In this document: piece by piece, positions 38,807-49,920 of the stretch
Layout: every line of letters begins with the position of its first letter
How positions within the stretch are numbered: the stretch's first letter is position 1
Assembly (NCBI GenBank): GCA_043228905.1
Contig: JBHGNT010000001.1
Location: 36,208,001 to 36,272,000, forward strand
DNA length: 64,000 nucleotides
Reading direction: 5' to 3'
From: Azolla caroliniana
Taxonomy: Eukaryota > Plantae > Polypodiophyta
The notes under the pieces: generated by a model
The model's database searches: none
What the model saw: the letters and a program-made list of their open reading frames with translations, nothing else
What the model was told of the DNA's origin: nothing
Translations under genes and position numbers: made by a program

Positions 38807-41117
38807 TCAATTAGATTCCTCCATGTCTTCATTTTCATCTGGCCTATTATGTTCATCGTCGAGGTAATCAAGGTCAGGATCCTTGTCTTGTCTTTTCTTG
38901 AAAAGCTTTACTCTTTTTCTCGCAATGGGTACGACCAACCTTGATCCGTCTAGTTCCGCAAGGTGGTATGTGGCATTATCGTTGGCACTTGTCACCACAT
39001 ACGGCCCGAACCATCTTCTTGCGAACTTCCTTGTTGTACTATGTTGATTGTCAAGGGTGCTGTCGTAGACCAAAACCTAATCCCCTTCTTCAATCTTCTT
39101 GGGACGACGTCGATGCGTGTTGTCGAACCGAACTTTGTTCTTTACTCGGGCTGCCTTCATCATCTTTCGCGCTTTTTCTAAATCTTCAGGTCTTCTTTCA
39201 AGTTGCCTTATCCGCGCCGCTAATAACTCTTCTCGGCTCATCTCGTTCCCCCACGGTATCGCTACCCATGAGGCGATCGTCCTTTCGATGGGCATAATCG
39301 GCTTTTGTCCATACATAAGCTCCGTCGGCATATACCCTGTCACCGAGCTATGTGTCGTTCTATCGGCCCACAAGGCATAGGGTAACAGTCGTGGCCAATT
39401 CCCGACTCGACCGTTGCATGCCCGTACGATGGCTTTAATGATAGGTCCATGCCCTCGCTCGATCTTCCCATTTGCTTCCGGATTGTAGGCAGTCGTGAGG
39501 GAGAGCTTCACGCCTAGTCTTTCGAAGAGCTCCGTCGCTTCGTGCGCGTCCAACTCCCCTCGGTCGGCCACTATCTTCCCTACACATCCATATCGGCAAA
39601 CAACATCTTCAAGTAGAAATTTGCAAACGGCTGAAGTCGTCTTATTTGTTAAGGCTCGTCCTTCCACTTGATTTGTCAAGTCTTCCCTTGCCAACGCTAA
39701 GTACTTCATTTGTCCCACTCCCATTGGCATCGAGACCAGATCCACCATCCATTTGAAGTGTATGGTGAGTGGGTATGTCGGCTTTAACTCATCACGATGA
39801 CGTATATTTGAATATACTTGGCAAGTTTCGCATGTGGACACGAAATGGAGTACATCTTTGTACATGCTTGGCCACCAGTACATCTCCTTCAACTTTTCGA
39901 ACGTCGCCCATGTTCCTCTATGACCTGCCCAAGCACTCTCGTGGAATTCGGTCATCAGTGTCTCTTGCTCTTCTTTCTTTACCACCACTCGACGTGGTAT
40001 TCCTGTCCTTCTTTTTGGATGTCGCCAAAGGAATCCTCCCTTCAAGAAGTATCGGTAAGCTTTCTTTCGGATTCGTAGGGCCTCCTCCTTTGTCAACGAA
40101 GCATCTGTCGTCAATGTTCTTAGGAATCTACCGATGAGTAACCATTCTCCTTCGTACTCGTTCTCGTTGAAGGCGTGGAGGGTTTGCGTGTCCTGGTCTT
40201 CCGCCGACAATCGAGCCATCTTGAAGAAGTCGAGGGCGACATCTTCATCTTCCGAAACCATGTTACTTCCATTTGAAAATCTTGCCCTCGACAGCATGTC
40301 AGCCATGGCGTTCTTTTTCCCTGCGATGTGACGGATCTCTGGGTTTAAAGACTTGATGTAGGCAATCCACCTTAGCATAGCAAGATCTGGGGTCGCACAT
40401 CCCGAGACCATTCCGAGAATTGGGAGACAATCTGTCTCTATTATCACTTCTGACCCGATCAGGTAATCTTTGTCCGTCTTCACTGCCGACACAATACCCC
40501 AAAGTTCCCGCTTGACTTGGGCATATCTTTGTTGCCGTTCGCTGAGAACCTTTGCTCCGAACCGGACGGCATATCGCGCATTATCTTCACCTTCTTGATT
40601 GATGACCCACCCGATTCCGGTTGGGCTCGTATCTACGGTCACGTAAATTGGTTTCCCTTCGGCATAGTCGGCCTTCCTTAGTGCCGGAGCTTCAAGAAGC
40701 AGTTTCTTTAATCTTCGCATCGCCTCTGTGTGCTCGTCTCGCCATTCGAACTTTATTCTTTTCTTTAGTAGTCCATATAACGGTTCGGCGACATGAGCGT
40801 AGTGAGGAATCCATATATGATAAAACGCGCACGCTCCAAGGAACCTTCGAACCTCCGTTTGGTTTTCGCATTCTTCTTTCATGTCTTGGATTGCGTTCAC
40901 TTTGGATGGCGAGGGCTTCCGGCCGTATGCTCCACACAAGTGACCTACCACCAAGATCTCTGGTTGCCCGAATGCGAATTTTTCTCCCGAAAATGTCAAA
41001 TTCGCATCTTCGAGCCTTTGAAGCACCTTCTCGCAATCTTTCATATGATCCGCAACGAACTTTCTACAACCTTCCTTATCTTTCGATTCATCTTTCTCCT
41101 CATCCGAATATCCTTTT
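38807..41117 (-). pseudogene. Gypsy pol, 3' part: end of RT, RNase H, integrase (HHCC, DDE, GPY)
   Basis: VTVDTSPTGIG, TDCLP, FHESAWAGH..CETC, WMVDL/VADRGE/KIERG, RWFGPY; one in-frame TAG at 39077-39079, probably from TGG. Confidence 0.9.
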
Positions 41118-44100
41118 TGTTGAAGACAGCGCTCGGCCACAACCGAGGAATAAGATCTACTCACAGAAAACAGGAAATACAAAATGCACGAAGACAATAG
41201 AGAGAAGAGTACACTGGATGTTTTACGTGGAAAACCCTAAATGGGAAAAAACCACGGGAGTCCTCAAACTCCAACTATCACTAAAACAGAGATGTACAAT
41301 GGTGAAGCTACAAGGCAACAACCTTGAGCTCACTATCTTCACCACAGGCGGCGGTAATACACAGAGGCAACGACCTCTTCGTCTCTCTCTCTCTCGGCTG
41401 CTCTCACTTCGCTCCCTCTTCGTGGAAAACAGAAAAATGAGCAACAACAACAAACTGTTTGCCCTAAGTCATATTTATACACATATGACTTTCGGGCTAT
41501 TTACAAATATAGCCTCAAGGGCTCTTGGCAAACATATTCACAAATATGTCCCCGCATCCGGATCTCTCTCCGGGTACATTCGTCATCCGGCTCCGTAGCC
41601 GGGGTCTTCATCATCCGGATCCGTATCCGGGTACTCTTCATCCGGCTTCATGCCGGGTACTCTTCATCATCCGGTTCTGTAACCGCAACCGGGCTTGCCG
41701 TCATTCATCTCCGGACATCCCATCCGCAGGGACCGAAATCCCAACAAACTCCCCCTTCACTTCGGCATGGGATGTCTCTCCAATCCGATCCTCTTCCGGC
41801 ATGCTTCCAGCTTGTCGGGTGTGAGCACCTTGGTCAGCATATCCGACCCGTTCTCGTCCGTGTGGACCTTCGTCAGTACGAGCTCTTTATCTTCTATCCT
41901 TTCCCGGATCCAGTGGTATCTACGCTGGATGTGTTTCGTCCGGGAATGGTAGGCCGCGTTCTTCGCAAGGTGGATGGCACTCTGACTATCGCAGTAGAGC
42001 CGGTACTCCTCCTGCCGGATACCGAGCTCTCTAATGAAGTCCTTCATCCAAATTATTTCCTTGCCGGCTTCAACAGCCGCCATGTACTTCGCCTCCGTGG
42101 TTGACAACGCAACCGTCTTCTGCAACCTCGACTGCCACGAAACAGCTCCCCCTGCATATGTCATTACATACCCTGATGTAGACCGGCTGGTATCCGCATC
42201 AGCCGACATGTCCGAATCGGTAAATCCATCGAGTTCGGGCTTACCGGAGCCGAATCGGAGGCACATGTTCGAAGTGCCCTTTAAGTATCGGAGTATCCAT
42301 TTGACCGCGTTCCAGTGCTCCTTGCCGGGATTACTCATATACCGGCTCACCACTCCGACTGCGTATCCAATGTCTGGTCGGGTACACACCATTGCGTACA
42401 TCAAGCTCCCGACGGCAGAGGCATATGGTATCTTCATCATATCTTCCTTTTCAGCTTTTGTCTTCGGACTTTGCTTGCCTGATAACCTGCAGTTTGCCGG
42501 GAGAGTCGACCGGACTGGTCTTGCTTCCGACATGTTGAACCGGTGAAGCACCTTTGTCACGTACTTCTCTTGTGACAGCCACAACTGCTTTTGCTTCCGG
42601 TCCCGGATGATGTGCATCCCTAGTATTTGCCTCGCCGGACCCAGGTCCTTCATTGAGAAAGTTCGGTGAAGCGCTTTCTTCAGCATCCGTATCTTGGCCT
42701 GGTCCCGCCCGACGATCAACATGTCGTCCACGTACAGGAGGAGTATTAGAAAGTTTCCTCCTTTGAACTTCTTCACAAACACGCAGTGATCGGACTGCGT
42801 TTTGTGGTACCCTTCGTCGGTCATGAAAGAGTCGAACTTCCGGTACCATTGCCGGGGAGCCTGCTTCAGTCCGTAAAGGCTCTTCTTCAACCGGCATACC
42901 AGGTGCTCCTTCCCTTTCTTCTCGAATCCTTCTGGTTGCTGCATGTAGATCTCTTCTTCGAGGTCCCCGTGAAGGAATGCCGTCTTCACGTCCATCTGTT
43001 CTACCTCGAGGTTCATGCTTGCCGCTATGCTTAGCACCGTCCGGATGGAGGTCATCTTCACTACCGGGGCAAATATCTTGTCGAAGTCGACGCCCTTCTT
43101 CTGCTGGAACCCCTTCACCACGATCCTGGCTTTGTATCTCGGGGGGTTTCCGGCATCTCCCGGTTTCAGCTTGAACACCCACTTGTTTCGAAGCGCCCGT
43201 TTTCCTTTCGGCAACTCCACAAGTTCATATGTGTGGTTCTCATGCAGGGAATCCATCTCCTCCTGCATGGCACTTAACCACCTGCGGCTATGGGTGTCAA
43301 GCTTTGCTTCTTCAAAACTCTCCGGCTCCCCCTCGTCGGTTAGCAGCACGTGCTCTGGTTCTGGAAATCTCCGGGGGGCCCTTCTCTCTCTTAGAGGATA
43401 TCTCCGTTCCGGCTCCTCCGTTTCCTCTTCATCCGAATCCATTTCGGGATCGGGGCCGGTTCCGGTATCAGTTTCATCTTCCTCGGCCGGTTCTGTTTCT
43501 TCACCGTCTTCGGCCGGATCCTCGAGTGCTAACCGGTCCCTTGCCGGTCGGGACTGCTCTTCGTAGAGTTGATTCTCACCGGTCGACTTGAAGCTCTTCA
43601 TCTTCTTCTCCGACTCCCAGTCGGCGAGTGTCTTGTCCTCTATGAAGATGATATCACGACTCCTGAATATCTTCTTGTCGACCGGGTCCCATACTCGGTA
43701 GCCGAACTCGTCGTCGCCGTAACCGAGGAATATGCATGGCCGGGTCTTTGGATCTAGCTTTCCTCTCCGGTCCTTTGCCACATGCACATACGCGAGACAT
43801 CCGAACACCTTCAGATGCCGGTAGGACACTTCCTTACCGGTCCACACTTTCTGCGGCGTGTCTCCGTCCAAAGGTACTGAGGGTGATCTATTTATCACAT
43901 ACGTCGCCGTCGACATTGCCTCAGCCCAAAACCCCTTGGGTAATTTCGCATGCGCCAGCATACTCCGGACCCTCTCCATTATGGTCCGGTTCATCCTCTC
44001 GGCCAGCCCGTTCAGTTCCGGCGTCTTCGGCACAGTAAACTCGAGCCGGATTCCCTTCGAGCGACAGTACTCCTCGAACTGCCCCCGATATTCCCCTCCG

Positions 44101-46475
44101 TTATCCGCTCGTATCGCTTTCAGCTTCTTGCCGGATTCTCTTTCCACTCTCGCGTGGAGTTCTTTGAAGATGCACAACACTTGGTCCTTTGTCTTCAACG
44201 GTGCCGTCCACAGCTTCCGGCTGTGGTCATCAATGAATGTCACGAAGTACTGGGCTCCGCCATTTGACTTCGTTTCTACTTGACACACGTCAGTGTGCAC
44301 CAACTCCAATGGTGCGCTACGTCTCGTCGGTGGCCTTGAGTGGAAGGAGGTCCGGTTTTGCTTACCGGCCAGACAGTCGGTACACTTCCCCAAGTGTAAA
44401 TGCTTTACCGGTATCAGGTTGTCTTCGGCAAGCCTCTTCATCCCCTTCTCGCTCATGTGGCACAGTCTCTTGTGCCATAGCTCACCGGCAGTGTCAGCTG
44501 CCACGTTCAGCTCCTCAGGACATAGCCGGGAATTCATCAGGTACAGTGTGTTGACCTTCCGGGCCCGAGCCACTATCAGGCTCCCTTTGCTGAACTTCAT
44601 GACACCGTTCCGGATGCTACCCGTGTAGCCTTCATTGTCTAGCCTCCCGGCCGAAATCAGGTTCAATCGAACCTCCGGAACGTGTCGGACATCCTTCAGC
44701 AGCATCTTGCATCCGGTTGATGTCATCAGCCACACGTCTCCTATGCCGGCAATCCGGCATGTACCTTCATTTCCCATCCGGACACAGCCGTGCTCACCGG
44801 CTGTGTAGGATGAGAAGTATTTCTTCTCCGGGGTCAGGTGGAACGACGCTCCGGAATCGACCACCCAGGTCATCTCTTCACCGGCAAGGTTCAGCTCCCT
44901 CTCTTCGGTAATGAGCATTATCTCTTCTTCACTTGCCGCGAGTGCCGTCGTTCCTTTCCGGTCCTGCCCTCGCCGATCCGGACCTCTCCGGTCCGTGGCT
45001 CCCCGGTATGCGCCGTTTCGCTCCGGTGACTTCTTCGAATCGGTGTCGTCGGCTCCGTTGTCTTTTCGGTAATGCCGACAATTCTTCCGGAAGTGCCCCG
45101 GCTTCCCACAGTGGAAGCATGTGGGCCTTCCTCTTGACTGCGACCGGGTCCCCGACTTCTCCCGTCTTTGCGGACTCCGGTTCCGTTGTCTTCCCCGATC
45201 CGATTCGGTAAGCAGCATCTTCGGATCGGAGGCCGGTTCTTTATCTCTCCGACGCGCTTCTTCGTTCAAAATACTTGTCTTTACCGTTTGTAGGGACAAG
45301 TTTTCTTCGGTGCAGGAGGTGCTGAGAGTCACCACCAAGTTCTCCCAGCTTTCCGGCAATGTACACATCAGGATGATGGCTTGCATTGCATCCTCCAACG
45401 GGAACTTGATCGCCGCAAGCTGGTTCACGAATCCCATGAACGTGCTTACGTGTTCCACCATACTCTCGCCGTCCCGGTACTTGAGGTTCCCTATCTTCCT
45501 CATCAGGGAGGTCCGGTTCAACGCATTCTTCCTCTCGTAGAGGCCCGACAGCTTCCGCCACATCTCATAGGCGTTCGTATCGTTCGCGACATGTTGCAGA
45601 ACACTTACATCGACATATTGCCGGATCGTCGCTACGGCTTTCCGGTTCAGGAGCTTCCACTCCGACTCTATTACCCCCTTGGGTATCTCGGCATTGTCGA
45701 TCGGTTCGTACAGGTCTCGGACGATGAGAAGGTCTTCCATCTTTATCTTCCAGTCGGCGTAGTTCTGTGAGTTCAACACCATCATGCCCGGAGGCCCACT
45801 ACCGCCGCCTTCCATTTTCTGTGTTACCGTCGCTCTGATACCACTTTGTTGAAGACAGCGCTCGGCCACAACCGAGGAATAGGATCTACTCACAGAAAAC
45901 AGGAAATACAAAATGCACGAAGACAATAGAGAGAAGAGTACACTGGATGTTTTACGTGGAAAACCCTAAATGGGAAAAAACCACGGGAGTCCTCAAACTC
46001 CAACTATCACTAAAACAGAGATGTACAATGGTGAAGCTACAAGGCAACAACCTTGAGCTCACTATCTTCACCACAGGCGGCGGTAATACACAGAGGCAAC
46101 GACCTCTTCGTCTCTCTCTCTCTCGGCTGCTCTCACTTCGCTCCCTCTTCGTGGAAAACAGAAAAATGAGCAACAACAACAAACTGTTTGCCCTAAGTCA
46201 TATTTATACACATATGACTTTCGGGCTATTTACAAATATAGCCTCAAGGGCTCTTGGCAAACATATTCACAAATATGTCCCCGCATCCGGATCTCTCTCC
46301 GGGTACATTCGTCATCCGGCTCCGTAGCCGGGGTCTTCATCATCCGGATCCGTATCCGGGTACTCTTCATCCGGCTTCATGCCGGGTACTCTTCATCATC
46401 CGGTTCCGTAACCGCAACCGGGCTTGCCGTCATTCATCTCCGGACATCCCATCCGGAGGGACCGAAATCCCAACA
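41118..46475 (-). mobile_element. Young full-length Tnt1/Tork-like Copia element (Copia C) inserted in the Gypsy RT
   Basis: 629-bp LTRs at 41118-41746 and 45847-46475 (about 3 mismatches by eye); perfect TSD CTTTT (41113-41117 / 46476-46480); PBS iMet at 45832-45843; PPT at 41747-41758. Confidence 0.97.
41757..45815 (-). CDS. Copia C gag-pol polyprotein (1352 aa, uninterrupted ORF)
   Basis: ATG at 45815; CFHCGKPGHFRKNC, VVDSGAS, HTDVC/ADNGGE/LAERMN, YVDD, RNase H with TEAKY in place of TEAEY. Confidence 0.93.
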   Translation of the reverse strand: MEGGGSGPPGMMVLNSQNYADWKIKMEDLLIVRDLYEPIDNAEIPKGVIESEWKLLNRKAVATIRQYVDVSVLQHVANDTNAYEMWRKLSGLYERKNALNRTSLMRKIGNLKYRDGESMVEHVSTFMGFVNQLAAIKFPLEDAMQAIILMCTLPESWENLVVTLSTSCTEENLSLQTVKTSILNEEARRRDKEPASDPKMLLTESDRGRQRNRSPQRREKSGTRSQSRGRPTCFHCGKPGHFRKNCRHYRKDNGADDTDSKKSPERNGAYRGATDRRGPDRRGQDRKGTTALAASEEEIMLITEERELNLAGEEMTWVVDSGASFHLTPEKKYFSSYTAGEHGCVRMGNEGTCRIAGIGDVWLMTSTGCKMLLKDVRHVPEVRLNLISAGRLDNEGYTGSIRNGVMKFSKGSLIVARARKVNTLYLMNSRLCPEELNVAADTAGELWHKRLCHMSEKGMKRLAEDNLIPVKHLHLGKCTDCLAGKQNRTSFHSRPPTRRSAPLELVHTDVCQVETKSNGGAQYFVTFIDDHSRKLWTAPLKTKDQVLCIFKELHARVERESGKKLKAIRADNGGEYRGQFEEYCRSKGIRLEFTVPKTPELNGLAERMNRTIMERVRSMLAHAKLPKGFWAEAMSTATYVINRSPSVPLDGDTPQKVWTGKEVSYRHLKVFGCLAYVHVAKDRRGKLDPKTRPCIFLGYGDDEFGYRVWDPVDKKIFRSRDIIFIEDKTLADWESEKKMKSFKSTGENQLYEEQSRPARDRLALEDPAEDGEETEPAEEDETDTGTGPDPEMDSDEEETEEPERRYPLRERRAPRRFPEPEHVLLTDEGEPESFEEAKLDTHSRRWLSAMQEEMDSLHENHTYELVELPKGKRALRNKWVFKLKPGDAGNPPRYKARIVVKGFQQKKGVDFDKIFAPVVKMTSIRTVLSIAASMNLEVEQMDVKTAFLHGDLEEEIYMQQPEGFEKKGKEHLVCRLKKSLYGLKQAPRQWYRKFDSFMTDEGYHKTQSDHCVFVKKFKGGNFLILLLYVDDMLIVGRDQAKIRMLKKALHRTFSMKDLGPARQILGMHIIRDRKQKQLWLSQEKYVTKVLHRFNMSEARPVRSTLPANCRLSGKQSPKTKAEKEDMMKIPYASAVGSLMYAMVCTRPDIGYAVGVVSRYMSNPGKEHWNAVKWILRYLKGTSNMCLRFGSGKPELDGFTDSDMSADADTSRSTSGYVMTYAGGAVSWQSRLQKTVALSTTEAKYMAAVEAGKEIIWMKDFIRELGIRQEEYRLYCDSQSAIHLAKNAAYHSRTKHIQRRYHWIRERIEDKELVLTKVHTDENGSDMLTKVLTPDKLEACRKRIGLERHPMPK

Positions 46476-47660
46476 CTTTTATCGGAATATCATCCAAGAA
46501 TGGCATTGTGATGTCCGGAATGCAATCCTTCAAGACTTTATTCATGGCATTCACCATATGAGCCACCGAGTTCGTTGCGCCTTGGGGTAAGGTACACATC
46601 CGCACAAGCCCGATCGGAGTCCTCATGGTTGTAATGTCCCGACTGTCGATCGCCAACTGGAATTGGTCATATCCGGAGTAGAGATCGCCAATGGAGTAGA
46701 TGGACCGGCCCGCAAACGCTTCGGCAAATTCGTCCACGCTCGGACCGATTCCGGCATTTCGAATTGTCACCTTGTTGACGGGTTGAAGATCTTGGATGAA
46801 TCGCAATGATCCATTCTTCTTCGGCACCGTGAACCACCTATTGGAATAAGGAGCATTCGACGGTTCTAGAATTCCCATACTCACCTTCTCCTTTAAGAGC
46901 TCGATCAGCTTCGGAAGGTGTGCTCTCGGAACCGGTATCGGTTTCAAATTCCAAGGCACATGAGGCACCGTGAAGATCACCATTGGCTCTATAACCTTTG
47001 GGTCGGCGCATCCGATTTCTCGTGGGAAGAATGCGAAAGCCTTCCCATGTCTCTCAAGCATATCGCGAAACATTTGCTCCTCTTCAGGGAGAAGGAAATC
47101 CTCCTTTCCAACTCGTAGCTTCCCCTTCGTCTCTTTGGTGAAGTCATGACCTATCTTCTTCGGATCTCTTAAGCTTGGATCGTTAGCGACTTCCTTCATC
47201 TTTTGCCAGCTATCTTCCGGTAGCGGAACCGCAACTGGCTTGATCTTCTTATCCACCGTTTTATATTTCGTGTTGATGTCAGCTTCCTTCATCGAGATGC
47301 CACGACGGTATTCATCGATGATAGCGTACATGTTGACAGAGTTAACCGAAATCAAGCATTGGTTGTGATGATAGCTCAAGTCCACGACGTCCTCGATTTC
47401 GCCGATGGTGTCGTTAAATGAGGCTTCTTCCATAATATGAGTCACGAACTCCCCTTCTTCTATTATGTCCTCTTCTTTCAGCATCTTCTCGAATTCTTGT
47501 ATCCGGCTCTTGTGCTTCTTGTCGGGTAGTACTAGTTTACATGCGCCACTAGGTGTGACACATGTTGCTTCTCCTTGCAATCCACGTGCTCTTCTTTCTT
47601 GTGGGGTCTTGTGATTGCTCAGACTATTTGTGCCCCATGCTTCAATAGTCCACTCTAAAA
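46476..47660 (-). pseudogene. Gypsy pol, 5' part (linker and RT up to FLDD)
   Basis: DLYSGYDQF, LPQGATNS, PFLDDIPIK. It rejoins in frame as IKGYSDEE across the Copia C insertion, and the frame is open back to the GGATTTT site. Confidence 0.9.
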
Positions 47661-49853
47661 ATCCGAGGATTCGCCTCCGAGACTATCTCGATTCCTTTCA
47701 TGATTGGCTCGCACCGTTAGGAATTGGACCGATCTTTGGTTGTCAAGACTCTTTATTCGTGCGAAGGCTGCTCCATTATCGAACACTTTGGTCTCCATCC
47801 GAGATGATGTGATATAAGGTTGCCCTAGGATGACAGGATGCGACGCCGATTCTTGTACGAAGAAGTGTTGTTCCATCTCCACATCCCCGATCGTGACTTT
47901 AACATTGGGACAAGCTCCGTACAAGTCCTCCGTAGACTTTGTTGCCGCGCGAATCTTCCATCCGTGGTTTGTATTGATTGGCCATCTTCCCTTTATGTAG
48001 AAGTCGGTTGACATAAGGTTGATCTCCGAGCCGTGGTCGATCAAGGCTACAACGGTCTCTTTCTTCTCCCCGATCTTTACCGGCGTCTCCGTTGTCGCTC
48101 GTGCCCAATGAGGTCGAGTGTAGTGGCTGTCCACCATATCTTCATCGATTTCGTCTCTTGCCATCGTTATGGCATTCGTTTTTGCTTTCTGCGGCTTCTC
48201 TTCTTCCTCGTCCGATTGTTGTCTCTTTCTCTTTACAAGGTCCACGATCGTGTCATGGAACTCCTTCTTCGTAATGCCAAGCAATTCCCTCAAGGACAAA
48301 GTTACATGGCTATCAAGAACTCGTTCTTCGAGAATCTTCTTTAGGTCCGTCGTCTGCTCTATGTCCGACCTTAGCTTATAGGTAGGTATGGTCCTTGTCC
48401 TCCGAGTGGGGTCTTCAACACCAACCTTCACGGGCCGAACCGTTTCTTCAACTCGTATGCTCGGCTCCCCTTTTCGGCTTGATTCTCATTCCTCCGTTTG
48501 TAAAGGTCGACTCGTCTCCGCATCGTCCTTCTTTTTCGCGTTCCTTGTTTCATGTCTTTTTGATGGCCCTTGGTCTTCTATTCTCTTTCTCTTTTCTTCG
48601 ACGAACACCTCGTGGTTGTCGCACATCACCTCTGCGAGTATGGTGTTGTCGTCCACCGGATCCGACCACCCGATTATGCTTTGCACGCTTCGGTCCGCAA
48701 GCTCTACCTCGTTCGATGTGATTTTTCCCTTCTTCTCATATTTGAGAACGGAAGTCCAAAACTTTGCTCCCGCTCTAGCAACTTCAGTCTTGTCTTTCCT
48801 GACTCTTATTCTGGCCGACGCAGCATAGTGCATCGCATCCACATGAGTCGCATCGGCATCCTCCATAGATCTCTTCATTCCTCCTCTTCCGAAATTCACC
48901 CGTAGGGGTCTTCTAGTCTCGCTTGAGCAGATCATGTTGTCCTCTATGTATACGATATTTTGTCGAATCGCCTCTCGAAGGCTCGCACAATCCCTTCTCA
49001 TGTGGTCCATGCTATCGCACCACACGCATCTAAAGGGTTCTTTTCCTTTAGGGCCCCGACGATTCATGTTGGCTAGCGTGACCTTCTCGAACTTCTTCAC
49101 TAGCTCTTCAATAATGTCGTCATCAATCTTCTTTTCTTCCACGTTACTTTGTCTCAACGGCTCAGCTACTTTCGGTGGTCTTGCTTTCTCCGTGGTAGTC
49201 GGTCCCGTCAAGTCGGTGTCATCAACCCATTGGCGACGCTTGTCGAGCCTATTGCATGCCCGCTTCACCGCGATCCAGTCCGCTACGAGCCCATTTGCTT
49301 GGGTATCATCTTCGAGAAGAGTCCCCAACTCTCGTCTATCCTTTATGTCCACGGCCTTCAAGAAGTACAAAGTCTTGTCCTCTTCAAGCAACACTTGGTC
49401 CGTATTGGGGAGACGACTAAACATCTGGTCGAATTCGTCGTACACCCTCGAGACGCTCATCTTCTTATTCTTCTTCTCTATCCACTTCATCAGGGCATGC
49501 CGAGTCATCCTCGTTGAGTCTTCAGTCACGAACTCCGCTAGTATCGTTTTCTCGAACTCGGACCATGTTGTCTTTCCTTCTTGAAGCTCGATGACGCGTC
49601 TTTGGATGTTGTTGGCGACAACTCTCTTGAAGCTTGCGATTTGACGTGCCTCGGACACGTCCCTTTGATTCATCTCCCTCTTATATGCATCAAGGAACTT
49701 CGTAACGTTCCTTCCATCGAATTGGCCCTCGAGCTCTACGACACGATCGACAGCCTTCTCCACGCTCGCGTCGTTGTCCCGAGATCTCATCATTTGCTCG
49801 ACGATTAGCATCATCCTTTTGAGCTCTCCTGCTTGGTTGCTTGAGGACGCCAT
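47655..49853 (-). pseudogene. Gypsy gag-protease ORF (one frame, one internal TGA at 48486-48488)
   Basis: Gag with zinc knuckle CVWCDSMDHMRRDC. The same frame continues after the TGA into aspartic protease motifs LIDHGSEINLM and VILGQPY. Confidence 0.85.
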
Positions 49854-49894
49854 CTCCAAGTATTAATCTCGACTTGATCCTTCCTACCGCCTCT

Positions 49895-49912
49895 TTCACG
49901 TCGGGTTCACCA
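49895..49912 (-). other. Primer-binding site complementary to the 3' end of tRNA-Trp
   Basis: Plus strand reads TTCACGTCGGGTTCACCA, which matches my recollection of the plant cytosolic tRNA-Trp 3' end; 8-nt spacer to the LTR. Confidence 0.75.
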
Positions 49913-49920
49913 CTTGATTA

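Noticed and set aside
40621-46511. Many antisense or alternate-frame ORFs and LTR-initiated ORF extensions (e.g. MSSCILYFLF... starts, 126-325 aa LTR ORFs)
   Set aside because: They are shadows of the GC-rich polyprotein or chance read-through from the LTR. The true Copia start is the ATG at 45815, after the PBS.
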